32,000 nt of DNA from Planctopirus limnophila DSM 3776 (GTDB lineage: Bacteria; Planctomycetota; Planctomycetia; Planctomycetales; Planctomycetaceae): NCBI RefSeq assembly GCF_000092105.1, contig NC_014148.1:330001-362000 (forward strand), given 5' to 3'. Positions 1 through 8,410 of this stretch are shown here, in pieces. The notes beneath the pieces were generated by a model. That model was not told the DNA's origin, searched no databases, and worked only from the letters and a program-made list of their open reading frames with translations. Position numbers and translations under genes: made by a program. Position 1 is the stretch's first letter. Every line of letters starts with the position of its first letter.

Positions 1-79
1 CCGGGTTGTGAAGTCGTTCTGCTGCAAAACGGAGACTGTGCACGAAACACCATAAAACTTACCTCACCTGCCACTGCCA

Positions 80-115
80 TCGGATGATCATGTTTTATCG
101 GATGATCATGTTTTA
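80..115. repeat. Perfect tandem duplication of an 18-bp unit (TCGGATGATCATGTTTTA x2). Each unit carries the 8-bp palindrome ATGATCAT.
   Basis: Read directly: 80-97 and 98-115 are identical. ATGATCAT lies at 84-91 and 102-109. A third TGATCAT lies at 162-168. All sit in the noncoding leader upstream of ORF 322-936. Confidence 0.9.
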
Positions 116-321
116 GAGTGAAGCCGTGTGCTCAAGATTTGAGAGAACTGCTTCAGGTAACTGATCATCTCAGTTCAACAGGTGTGAATCCAGTAGGAAA
201 CTGCAATTCTAGTGATGGTGTCAAGTCAGCTGGAGGTTTGCTCAACATTAGCGCTTGTTAAGTCGTCAAAGCCATCAGATCGACATACAGAAAGTTCCTT
301 CGTACGTTATCTAAACTAACC

Positions 322-936
322 ATGAAATTTGTGCACCTGACACCTCAGCCAAGCATTTCCCGTGTCAAACGGAGTGGTATTCGTACGGGCCAGGGACGAC
401 GAGGACGTGGAGTTTATGCCGTCCCACTTATGCTCTTGCCACAAGTCGCGTACATCGATGACGAGACTTTTGTCGCCGCTGATCCGCGCTCGTCGACAAC
501 ACTATGGACTTGGCTTGCCAGTTTGAGAAGTCGCCACCGCAATCTGGCGGTCGTCACTTTTCGGACAACACCAGACCATTGGCCGGCCGACCTTTACATA
601 GAACTCAAAGCTGGAGTCGGTACAGATTGGCTTTCAACTGTTGATCCAGAACTCGCTTTTATTGCCGAAGAAGATTTGCAATTTGTGCGAGAAGCTCACA
701 GTCAAGGCTTTGTGGCGGATCTCAAACTCTCCGTTCGAAATGAAGCGGCGCTTGGCAAGATCTTACACACCGTTCAATCCCATGGCTTCAGAACATTGGA
801 TCAATACGATGAATCCATCGAAATCATCTTCTCGTCTCCTATTCCATCAAAATTGATTGATCGTGTGACACCGCTCTATCGCACAAATATTAACTTCAAA
901 GAGAGTCGAGATCAGGATCGCGACATTGGCAATTGA
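322..936 (+). CDS. Hypothetical protein (204 aa), no family recognised
   Basis: ATG-initiated ORF from the track. The only competing ORF (641-856) is short and nested. No motif I can name and no obvious SD. Confidence 0.5.
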   Translation: MKFVHLTPQPSISRVKRSGIRTGQGRRGRGVYAVPLMLLPQVAYIDDETFVAADPRSSTTLWTWLASLRSRHRNLAVVTFRTTPDHWPADLYIELKAGVGTDWLSTVDPELAFIAEEDLQFVREAHSQGFVADLKLSVRNEAALGKILHTVQSHGFRTLDQYDESIEIIFSSPIPSKLIDRVTPLYRTNINFKESRDQDRDIGN

Positions 937-1070
937 TGGCTTCAAATCCTAATCTCAAACCACCGTTGATGAACTCGTTTTTGACAGGTACGAGTGATCC
1001 AAACGTCACGTAATCTATGGATGGATTTCAAGTCTGAAAAAATTCCAGTCGAGTCTCATCATGGGCGATC

Positions 1071-1706
1071 TCATCGAGCTTTGGCACGACTGGTCATTTT
1101 CTCACGGCTGGCGGTCTTTGAGTGCCCTGAAGATTTTGACTTTTGACGGCCCGTCGTCGTCGAGATGAATTTGGGTTCGGGCACCTGGCACTTTGTTGTG
1201 GCAGGCACAGGTGTTGCCCCTTGTGAGGTCCGGGAAGTCGTCGTGCGACGACCTTTGGTTTTCGAGTTTTGTGCAGGTTCGACATGTGTTTCGACTTCGA
1301 CCGTACTGGCCGCCGTATGCGGTGCATCGACCCGGAGAATGAGGCATAACCTCAAGATCTCAAAACGGGAGACCACGCCCACGAATTGACCCTTTTCAAC
1401 CACGGCGGCCCGCGAGCAGTTCCCTGCGCGGAACAGGTTGGTGGCGATCGCCAGATCAGTTGTTGGCGACAACGTCTGCACGCTGGTCACCATCCAGCGT
1501 TCAACTTTGGCGTCAGGATCGGTTTCTGCCAGTTGAGCCTTCAGCAGTTCATAATCCGGAAGAATTCCCAGCAGTTTTTTGCGTGGCCCTACCACATACA
1601 ACTCCTGAGCTTTCGAACTGATCAGCAGCTTGAGTGCGGCTGTCAAAGTCGCCTGAGGGGAAATCGTCACGGCAGTCGTCATCAGGTCGGCAACAGTCAA
1701 ACGCAT
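1071..1706 (-). CDS. CBS-pair domain protein with a long basic Ser/Thr/Lys/Arg-rich C-terminal tail
   Basis: The N-terminal ~130 aa have the two-CBS pattern (VADLMTTAVTISPQATLTAALKLL...ELYVV...LLGILPDYELL; VERWMVTSVQTLSPTTDL...AAVVEKGQFVGVVSRFEIL). I chose the ATG at 1706 because AAAGGA lies 9 nt upstream; the track ORF starts at a TTG at 1715. Confidence 0.8.
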   Translation of the reverse strand: MRLTVADLMTTAVTISPQATLTAALKLLISSKAQELYVVGPRKKLLGILPDYELLKAQLAETDPDAKVERWMVTSVQTLSPTTDLAIATNLFRAGNCSRAAVVEKGQFVGVVSRFEILRLCLILRVDAPHTAASTVEVETHVEPAQNSKTKGRRTTTSRTSQGATPVPATTKCQVPEPKFISTTTGRQKSKSSGHSKTASREKMTSRAKAR

Positions 1707-2070
1707 GGCCAGCAATCCTTTGAAAGGACCAGTCGATAGAGTCGCAGCACCGCTGGCCCTGAGGGTTAGCCTGCGCGCTGCCGGAGAAACAGCTCTCCGC
1801 TTTCAAACGTAGTTCAGGAAAAGTCCCCGTGACGAAAAAAGACAACGCATGTTTCCAAATCGAAACACCACCCGCCCTTACAGACGGCAAATTCGCTAGA
1901 ATCAGAACTTTCCTCGCTGGTAGACTCCCTGTGTGGCCGCATTGTCGTATAACCCTTTAGGCTCAGAACATTTGTGATGTCCATGTGCTGATCTCACAGT
2001 TGGAACGAATCCTTTCGCTTCCCGGAACGCTGAGCAGCGGAAGTCTTTGATATTGGAAAGCCTCAATCTC

Positions 2071-2634
2071 ATGCCTGCTGATCCGGCCTCGCAAATAAAA
2101 AAAAATGCGAAAGAAGACCGGGAGGCTTCGCAGGAGATGAATGAGCGATCGAGGCCACTTCGATTCGACTCATTGACGCAAGAGGCTTATCTGCAGCTAT
2201 GGCGAACGTACGACCGGATGAAAGCGATTGAAGAAGAGATCTTCAGTCAGTTCGAACTTTCAGCCCAGCAGTACAACACGTTAAGGCTGCTGCGAAGTGT
2301 TCATCCCGAAGGAATGGCGACTCTGCAAATTGCTGATCGACTCATCAGCAGGGCTCCTGATATCACCAGGCTCATTGATCGGCTGGACGATCGAGGTCTG
2401 GTTCTGAGGACACGAAAACCCGAAAACCGGCGTGTCGTCGAAGTGGCGCTGACCGATGCGGGGCTGAAGCTTTTGAAAGACCTTGAAGAGCCTGTGCGGC
2501 AATGTCATGAGCGGCAGTTGGGGCATCTCGCTGCGGATGAATTGCACGAGCTGATTCGATTGATGGAACTGGCTCGAACTCCGCATGAAGAACCTGGCAG
2601 TCGCTGGATCGCGGATCGATCACGTCCCAGTTAA
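2071..2634 (+). CDS. MarR-family transcriptional regulator
   Basis: Winged-helix MarR pattern: QQYNTLRLLRSVHPEGMATLQIADRLISRAPDITRLIDRLDDRGLVLRTRKPENRRVVEVALTDAGLKLL. First ATG at 2071; the track ORF begins at a TTG at 2047. Confidence 0.85.
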   Translation: MPADPASQIKKNAKEDREASQEMNERSRPLRFDSLTQEAYLQLWRTYDRMKAIEEEIFSQFELSAQQYNTLRLLRSVHPEGMATLQIADRLISRAPDITRLIDRLDDRGLVLRTRKPENRRVVEVALTDAGLKLLKDLEEPVRQCHERQLGHLAADELHELIRLMELARTPHEEPGSRWIADRSRPS

Positions 2635-2697
2635 TCATTAAGATGTTCTGGACTTTGCTGACTCTGCAGCGACAAGAAGTTTGACGGAGTGTCATCC

Positions 2698-5451
2698 ATG
2701 GTGCCATCTTTGCCGAATGCAAACACCGGCAGCAAAGACATCACTCCGGCTGATGGACAGCGGGCGGAATATGCACAGACGCCCGAGGAAGTTCTCGCAC
2801 GACTGCAGGTCTCGCTTGATCACGGATTAGCCAGCGAGGAGGTGGCCCGGCGGCAAGCCCGATTCGGCCCCAATCGAATCAGTCAACAGCACTCCACACC
2901 ATTGTGGCTTAAGTTCATTCAGCAGTTTCATCAACCACTGATCTACCTGCTGCTGGTGGCGACCATTGTCAGTCTCAGTCTTCATGAATGGGTGGATGCT
3001 GCCGTCATTTTTGGTGTGGTCTTCATCAATGCCATCATCGGTTTTCTGCAGGAAACAAAGGCGGAAAAAGCGATTGATGCCCTGGGACGAATGGTGGCTG
3101 TGCAAACATCGGTTCGTCGCGATGGTCTGCGTAAAAGTGTCCCGGCAGAAACGCTGGTCCCTGGCGATATCGTTCTGATTCAAGGTGGCGACCGGGTTCC
3201 CGCCGATCTCCGGCTTTGTCTGCAGAAAAACCTGCAGGTTGAAGAAGCGGCTCTTACAGGTGAATCGGTACCAGCGACAAAACAGATCAATCCATTACCG
3301 ATTCAGACCACTCTTGCTGATCGGCGAAATCTGGCATTTGCAGGGACGTTGGTGACTGCCGGCTTTGGCGAAGGTGTGGTGATTGCGACTGCCGATGCGA
3401 CAGAAACCGGACAGATTGCCGGGTTGATGTCGAACACGGTCGATCTATCAACACCACTGACAAAGAATATTGCGCAGTTCAGTCGGTTGTTGATGGTGGT
3501 GATTCTGTTGCTCGCCTTAGCTGTTTTTGCGCTGGGCATTTTACGCGGAGAGCCGGCGGCTGACGTCTTCATGGCGGCTGTGGCTCTGGCCGTCGGTGCG
3601 ATTCCTGAAGGTTTACCCGCTGCCGTCACGATTGTCCTCGCGATTGGTGTCTCCCGTATGGCCCAGCGGAAAGCTGTTATTCGCAAGTTGCCCGCAGTGG
3701 AAACTCTGGGAAGCACATCGATCATCTGTTCTGATAAAACTGGTACCTTGACACAGAACAAGATGACTCTGGTCGAGATTTATGCAGCGGGAACCTGTTA
3801 CCACGTTTCTGGTACCGGTTATGAACCATCAGGTGAATTCAGCCATCGTGGGAAATCGATCGCCCCCTGGGATCACCCGGCATTGATTGAAATTCTTCGC
3901 GCAGGGCTGTTGTGTAACGAATCCAATCTTCGAGAAGAAGCGGGCCTATGGGAAATTGAGGGTGACCCGACTGAAGCGGCCCTATTGGTCGCTGCCCATA
4001 AAGCCGGATTGCATCACAGGCATCGAGAAGATCCCTGGCCTCGGCATGACATGATTCCCTTTGAATCTGAGCACATGTTTCGCGCAGTATTGCATGAAAC
4101 ACCCGATGAGAACCGGGTGATTTACATCATCGGGGCACTCGAACGTCTGTTACCTCGCTGTGATCAGGCTGTTAATCAGGCCAGCCAAACTGTGGAGTTG
4201 GATGCTGCCGAAATTCAAGGTCAAGCTGAAGCTATGGCGAGGCGTGGCTTACGCGTGTTGATGGTCGCTAAAGTCGCAGGAGAAGATCAGCAGCGAGAAC
4301 TCGAGCATGATCATGTGGCTGGGAATCTGATATTTCTCGGATTAACGGGGATGATTGATCCCCCGCGACCGGAAGTCATTGATGCCATTCATGAATGTCA
4401 GCAAGCCCGGATTCAAGTGAAGATGATCACGGGCGATCATGTGGCAACAGCACGCTCGATTGCGCAAAGAATCGGGCTGGGAGATGAAACATTAGCATCG
4501 ATCACTGGGAGTGAGTTGGAACAGATATCGAACGAGGATTTGCCACTCCTTGCTGAGAAGACCACAGTCTTCGCTCGTGTTGCCCCAGAGCAGAAATTGC
4601 GGCTTGTCCAGGCGCTGCAATCTCGCGGTCATATCGTGGCGATGACGGGTGATGGAGTGAATGATGCCCCGGCATTGAAACAGGCAGATATTGGAATTGC
4701 TATGGGGATCACCGGGACAGAGGTTGCCAAAGGTGCAGCCGCCATGATTCTAACCGATGATAACTTTGCCACGATTAAAGCCGCCGTCGAAGAAGGACGC
4801 GGCGTGTTCGATAATCTGGTCAAGTTTATCGTCTGGACACTACCCACCAATGTGGGCGAAGCGATGGTGTTGTTTGTTGCCATCCTTCTGGCGACAGAAC
4901 TACCTATCCTGCCGGTGCAACTGTTGTGGATCAATATGGCGTCATCGGTTTTGCTGGGGTTAATGCTGGTCTTTGAACCTCATGAGCAAAATCTGATGCA
5001 GCGGCCACCGCGCAATCCCCGCGAGCCTATTCTCACTTTTCCGCTCTTTATGCGGACGGGACTTGTGTCGTTGATCATTCTGCTGGGTTCATTCTGGGTG
5101 TTTCAAATGGAACAGAGTCGTCCGGGTAGCACTCTGGCCCAGGCACGTACTGCCGTCGTCAATGTGATCGTCATGGTGGAGTGCGCTTACCTGCTGAATT
5201 GCCGCTGCCTCCATCGCTCGATCTTTTCGATTGGTGTTTTTTCCAACCCGTATGTACCAGCCGGGATAGCCACGATGCTTGCAGCCCAGGTGCTGCTGAC
5301 CTATCTGCCTCTGATGCAGACTCTGTTTGGAACAGCTTCCCTTTCATTCGAAACCTGGTTAAGAATTGTGGCGGTCGGAGTGATCTCTTTTCTGATTGTT
5401 GAATTTGAGAAATGGGTCAGGTTTCATAACTCAAAATCGAATCAGAACTGA
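2698..5451 (+). CDS. Cation-transporting P-type ATPase, P2-type (Ca2+-ATPase-like)
   Basis: Canonical P-type motifs: TGES (LTGESVP), phosphorylation site ICSDKTGTLT, PEGLP in TM4 (AIPEGLPAAVT), MITGDH, and hinge TGDGVNDAPALKQADIGIAMG. About 10 predicted TM segments. ATG at 2698; the track ORF begins at a GTG at 2689. Confidence 0.95.
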   Translation: MVPSLPNANTGSKDITPADGQRAEYAQTPEEVLARLQVSLDHGLASEEVARRQARFGPNRISQQHSTPLWLKFIQQFHQPLIYLLLVATIVSLSLHEWVDAAVIFGVVFINAIIGFLQETKAEKAIDALGRMVAVQTSVRRDGLRKSVPAETLVPGDIVLIQGGDRVPADLRLCLQKNLQVEEAALTGESVPATKQINPLPIQTTLADRRNLAFAGTLVTAGFGEGVVIATADATETGQIAGLMSNTVDLSTPLTKNIAQFSRLLMVVILLLALAVFALGILRGEPAADVFMAAVALAVGAIPEGLPAAVTIVLAIGVSRMAQRKAVIRKLPAVETLGSTSIICSDKTGTLTQNKMTLVEIYAAGTCYHVSGTGYEPSGEFSHRGKSIAPWDHPALIEILRAGLLCNESNLREEAGLWEIEGDPTEAALLVAAHKAGLHHRHREDPWPRHDMIPFESEHMFRAVLHETPDENRVIYIIGALERLLPRCDQAVNQASQTVELDAAEIQGQAEAMARRGLRVLMVAKVAGEDQQRELEHDHVAGNLIFLGLTGMIDPPRPEVIDAIHECQQARIQVKMITGDHVATARSIAQRIGLGDETLASITGSELEQISNEDLPLLAEKTTVFARVAPEQKLRLVQALQSRGHIVAMTGDGVNDAPALKQADIGIAMGITGTEVAKGAAAMILTDDNFATIKAAVEEGRGVFDNLVKFIVWTLPTNVGEAMVLFVAILLATELPILPVQLLWINMASSVLLGLMLVFEPHEQNLMQRPPRNPREPILTFPLFMRTGLVSLIILLGSFWVFQMEQSRPGSTLAQARTAVVNVIVMVECAYLLNCRCLHRSIFSIGVFSNPYVPAGIATMLAAQVLLTYLPLMQTLFGTASLSFETWLRIVAVGVISFLIVEFEKWVRFHNSKSNQN

Positions 5452-5473
5452 TGGGTCAACCTCGATCATCCCA

Positions 5474-5830
5474 CTATCCTGCTGTCTGAAACTCAGGAAG
5501 TGGATAATGGGCGAATGGCATGGGAGGAAGTGTGCGCAGTTCCTGCAGGCGCTGAAAGCCTCTGGTGACCAGCGCTTCCATGCGGCTGCGCTCGGCGGGA
5601 TCGAGGTTTTCTTTGCTGAAGGGGCTATCCAGTTTCACGGGCTCAAAACGATCATCGAGGATGAACTGAGCCAGAAAGGGATGGCATTTCAAATGCCGCT
5701 CGGGGGAAGTCAGGAGGTCACGAACGGGGACTTCTCCGATGATGAACCTGAGGTACAAATCGCTTTCGGAAAGATCTTCGACCTCTTCGCCGCAGACTTC
5801 GCACAGATAACCTTGATCACATTTGGCCAT
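5474..5830 (-). CDS. Hypothetical small protein (118 aa) with an N-terminal CxxC (MAKCDQGYLCEVCGEE...)
   Basis: Minus-strand ORF directly downstream of uppS. Its third codon positions are G/C-biased like neighbouring genes. The opposite-strand ORF 5396-5851 looks like a shadow. Start set at the internal ATG (5830) so it does not overlap uppS. Confidence 0.55.
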   Translation of the reverse strand: MAKCDQGYLCEVCGEEVEDLSESDLYLRFIIGEVPVRDLLTSPERHLKCHPFLAQFILDDRFEPVKLDSPFSKENLDPAERSRMEALVTRGFQRLQELRTLPPMPFAHYPLPEFQTAG

Positions 5831-5855
5831 GAATTGATTCCCTATCGCTGAATGA

Positions 5856-6689
5856 TCAACGATGACATTCCGGTTGATTGAGGCCACCAAACCGGCGTTG
5901 CCTGCGTGAAAAGGCCTCGAGTGCCGCCTGGAGTTCCGGCTCGCGAAATTCTGGCCACAAAGTGGTGGTCACAAAGAGTTCAGCATAGCTGATCTGCCAG
6001 AGCAGAAAATTCGACAGGCGCATTTCGCCTGCCGTACGAATGACCAGATCAGGCTCGGGCATCTCCCGGGTGTTCAGTCGGGCTGAAATCAAATCTTCGT
6101 CGATGGCTTCGGGCGATAATCGTCCTGAGGCGACATCGTGAGCGATCCAGCGCACGGCATCAACAATCTCGGCGCGGCTCCCGTAGTTAATGGCCAGGCA
6201 CAATCGCATCCCGGTGTGAGACTCTGCAATTCTGGCTGTGGTGTCGATTTCGATCAGGACATCTTCAGGAAGCTCTGTCCTGCGGCCGATGACCGAGAAC
6301 TGCAGGTTCTGACGTATGATTTCCGGGCGTTCGGCAATCAGAAATTCTTTGAGCAGAGCCATTAAGAAGTCGAGTTCTGATTTTGGTCTTTTCCAGTTTT
6401 CACTGCTCAGGCAATACAGCGTGAGCTGTTCGATTCCCAGCCGGACACACTCCTCCACCACACAGCGGACAGACTGAACCCCTCGACGATGTCCTTCTAA
6501 TCGCTCTAGCCCCTGCCTTTGAGCCCAGCGACCATTTCCATCCATGATGACAGCAATATGCCGGGGCCTGACGGGAGCAGCACTCTCGATGGCCAACTGT
6601 GAATCAGGGAGTTGGCTGTTCGGAGCCAGTGTGGCGGGAGCGTCTTCCAAGCTCGTGTGAGTGCTGACCATAGACATATCCAACAGCAT
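5856..6689 (-). CDS. uppS: Undecaprenyl-diphosphate synthase (cis-isoprenyl transferase)
   Basis: Motifs: HIAVIMDGNGRWA, LTLYCLSSENWKRP, LAINYGSR, DLVIRTAGEMRLSNFLLWQISYAELF. Start uncertain: ATGs at 6689, 6677 and 6671. The track ORF extends to 6794 through a tandem repeat that is unlikely to be coding. Confidence 0.9.
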   Translation of the reverse strand: MLLDMSMVSTHTSLEDAPATLAPNSQLPDSQLAIESAAPVRPRHIAVIMDGNGRWAQRQGLERLEGHRRGVQSVRCVVEECVRLGIEQLTLYCLSSENWKRPKSELDFLMALLKEFLIAERPEIIRQNLQFSVIGRRTELPEDVLIEIDTTARIAESHTGMRLCLAINYGSRAEIVDAVRWIAHDVASGRLSPEAIDEDLISARLNTREMPEPDLVIRTAGEMRLSNFLLWQISYAELFVTTTLWPEFREPELQAALEAFSRRQRRFGGLNQPECHR

Positions 6690-6702
6690 CCATTGCTCTG
6701 TA

Positions 6703-6738
6703 AGTTTTAGCCAGACAGTGAGTTTTAGCCAGGCAGTT
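6703..6738. repeat. Tandem 18-bp direct repeat (AGTTTTAGCCAGACAGTG / AGTTTTAGCCAGGCAGTT, 16/18 identical) immediately upstream of uppS
   Basis: Read directly. It produces the TAWLKLTVWLKLT artefact in the extended ORF translation. Confidence 0.85.
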
Positions 6739-7150
6739 TTCCCGAACCATAGAATGGGAAACAATTTACAAACGTCAGACTTGGGTGTGATCATTCACTC
6801 TCGTGAATCAAATTTCCTTCAAATTACTGATTCTGCCCGCTCGTGACAGTCTCTGGAGGGATTTTTTTCCTCGTCGATCCCGAATTCCCAATTCAAAACC
6901 ATTATTTGTAGAGCTGCGAACATCAGCAGGTCTGAAGCAGGGTTGGCCCGCAAACAATCCCTGCGGCAATTGATATTGCTAAGGCATGGCTGGCTTGTGA
7001 GAGTGACCACAGTCTGTCATAGTCCATATTAGGAAAACGCTTGTTTTTACGGAGTTGCCGGGCTGGGAAGATTCACCAGCAGGTCATTCGCAGGTGGCAT
7101 GTATCGCCAGCTGAGAACACCATTGAGTTTGATCGGAATTGGGTTGGCTG

Positions 7151-8410
7151 ATGGCCATTTTGGCAACAGGATTGACACTGGAGCAGTTCCTGTCGGGTTA
7201 TGCCGGTGAGTTTACAGGATTTCTGCTCGCAGTCCTGATTCACACGCTACTGCTGTTCCACGTCTTTGCAGTTTCGCCAGCATTTTTTATCTGGCTCGAA
7301 CGAAAAGTTTCCGGACGAATTCAAGACCGTCTGGGGCCGACGCGTGTGGGTGGAAAGTTCGGCTGGCTCCAATCAGTGGCCGATGGAATCAAGCTCATTC
7401 AGAAAGAAGATCTCGCACCGGCTGCTGCCGATCAATGGCTCTTTCGACTGGCTCCTTATCTGGCATTGGTCGCGTCGTTTACCGTCTTTATGGTCCTCCC
7501 GTTTTCGCGCGGGTGGGCCGCTGTGGTCATCGAATCGAGTGTGTTTCTGGCATTGGCGATTATCTCGCTGGAGGTTCTGGGGATCATTCTGGCAGGCTGG
7601 TCGAGTGGCTCGAAGTGGGCACTATTCGGCTCGATGCGTGAAGCTGCCCAGATGGTGAGCTATGAAATCCCCCTCGCTTTGTGCGCCCTGATCCCTGTCA
7701 TGGCTGTGGGAACTTTAAACTTTGTCACGATCGCTGAAGTTCAAAGCGGGTTCTTTCTGACGAACTGGCTGATCTTTCATGATCCATTCACGTTTGTCGC
7801 TTTCTTTGTCTACTTCACCGTAGCGATTGCCAGTGTGAAACGAGCTCCCTTCGATCTTGCGGAAGCTGAGAGTGAGCTGGTCGCCGGGTTTCATACCGAG
7901 TACAGCGGTATGCGCTGGTCGTATTTTTTCCTCGCTGAGTATGCGAGCATGCTGAGTGTCAGTTGTGTGGCTGTGCTGCTCTTTCTTGGCGGCTGGTGGA
8001 GCGGAACTGGTCTGGAAGACTTGCTGGCACCTGTTCGAAACTGGGGTCAGAATTTTCCCGTGCAGGGCTTTTCTGCCGGGAACTATGCTCTGAATCTCCT
8101 GGGGGCCCATATCTTCCTGTTCAAGGCCAGTCTGCTGGTGACGGTGCAAATCTGGGTAAGGTGGACGCTCCCAAGACTGCGTATCGATCAGGTGATGACG
8201 ACTTGCCTGAAGTATCTGATTCCAATCAGTTGTGCGCTCTTTCTGGGAGCATCGCTGTGGCCCTTGACTCTGACAACGATTCTGGGCCGCCCCATGCTGC
8301 TGGGCAGGCCCGTGGGCGATCGTTTGTATGAGGCCAGTCACCATTCTTCGTCATTGCCTGCTGCAACCAATCTCACCAGAACCCCTGCGGCTAAGGAGGT
8401 GGTGCGATGA
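7151..8410 (+). CDS. nuoH: NADH-quinone oxidoreductase subunit H
   Basis: ND1/NuoH motifs: ERKVSGRIQDRLGPTRVGGKFGWLQSVADGIKLIQKED and DLAEAESELVAGFHTEYSGMRWSYFFLAEY. ATG at 7151; the track ORF begins at a TTG at 7139. Confidence 0.95.
   Translation: MAILATGLTLEQFLSGYAGEFTGFLLAVLIHTLLLFHVFAVSPAFFIWLERKVSGRIQDRLGPTRVGGKFGWLQSVADGIKLIQKEDLAPAAADQWLFRLAPYLALVASFTVFMVLPFSRGWAAVVIESSVFLALAIISLEVLGIILAGWSSGSKWALFGSMREAAQMVSYEIPLALCALIPVMAVGTLNFVTIAEVQSGFFLTNWLIFHDPFTFVAFFVYFTVAIASVKRAPFDLAEAESELVAGFHTEYSGMRWSYFFLAEYASMLSVSCVAVLLFLGGWWSGTGLEDLLAPVRNWGQNFPVQGFSAGNYALNLLGAHIFLFKASLLVTVQIWVRWTLPRLRIDQVMTTCLKYLIPISCALFLGASLWPLTLTTILGRPMLLGRPVGDRLYEASHHSSSLPAATNLTRTPAAKEVVR

Noticed and set aside
80-115. 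Tandem repeats at 80-115 and 6703-6738 as CRISPR-like arrays or minisatellites.
   Set aside because: Each has only two directly abutting 18-bp copies with no spacers, and no cas genes are present.
1816-1829. AGGAAAAGTCCCCG in the 1716-2070 intergenic region, superficially like the RNase P RNA GAGGAAAGUCCGGGC box.
   Set aside because: The match is imperfect. None of the other conserved RNase P regions (e.g. ACAGAA-CCGGCUUA, GGUAAGAGCGCACC-like) are present nearby.
1973-1998. TGTGA-N16-TCACA inverted repeat ~75 bp upstream of the MarR gene, as a possible operator.
   Set aside because: Half-sites are only 5 bp with a long spacer, which is easily expected by chance. It is noted only as a place to look if the MarR operator is mapped.
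3303-3761. Long antisense ORFs inside well-supported genes: 3303-3761(-), 7715-8344(-), 12464-12904(-), 14415-14918(-), 19241-19585(-), 22011-22523(+), 23981-24403(-), 29951-30439(-), 30957-31424(+).
   Set aside because: All lie opposite genes with unambiguous family motifs (P-type ATPase, nuo subunits, AI-2E, DUF711, DUF1552, DUF1592 family). Their translations are low-complexity and Arg/Ser/Pro-rich, as is typical of shadow frames in a moderately GC-rich genome.
5396-5851. Plus-strand 151-aa ORF overlapping the minus-strand CxxC ORF.
   Set aside because: The minus frame has genome-like G/C third-position bias and sits in an operon position behind uppS. The plus frame would overlap the ATPase 3' end and has no start context. 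The call remains tentative.
6690-6794. N-terminal extensions proposed by the ORF track for uppS (to 6794), the HEAT lipoprotein (from 18426), AI-2E (to 22982), DUF711 (from 23924), the G/Y-rich protein (from 26203), the ATP-grasp (from 26607) and the YHS lipoprotein (to 29135).
   Set aside because: The extensions run through tandem repeats, a terminator hairpin or regions upstream of signal peptides, and add non-family sequence. Internal starts give canonical N-termini (signal peptide or lipobox, conserved family N-terminus).
8200-8410. Possibility that NuoI is fused to the extended C-terminus of NuoH.
   Set aside because: The extension contains no CxxCxxCxxxCP 4Fe-4S motifs. It is Ser/Pro/Thr-rich and looks disordered.
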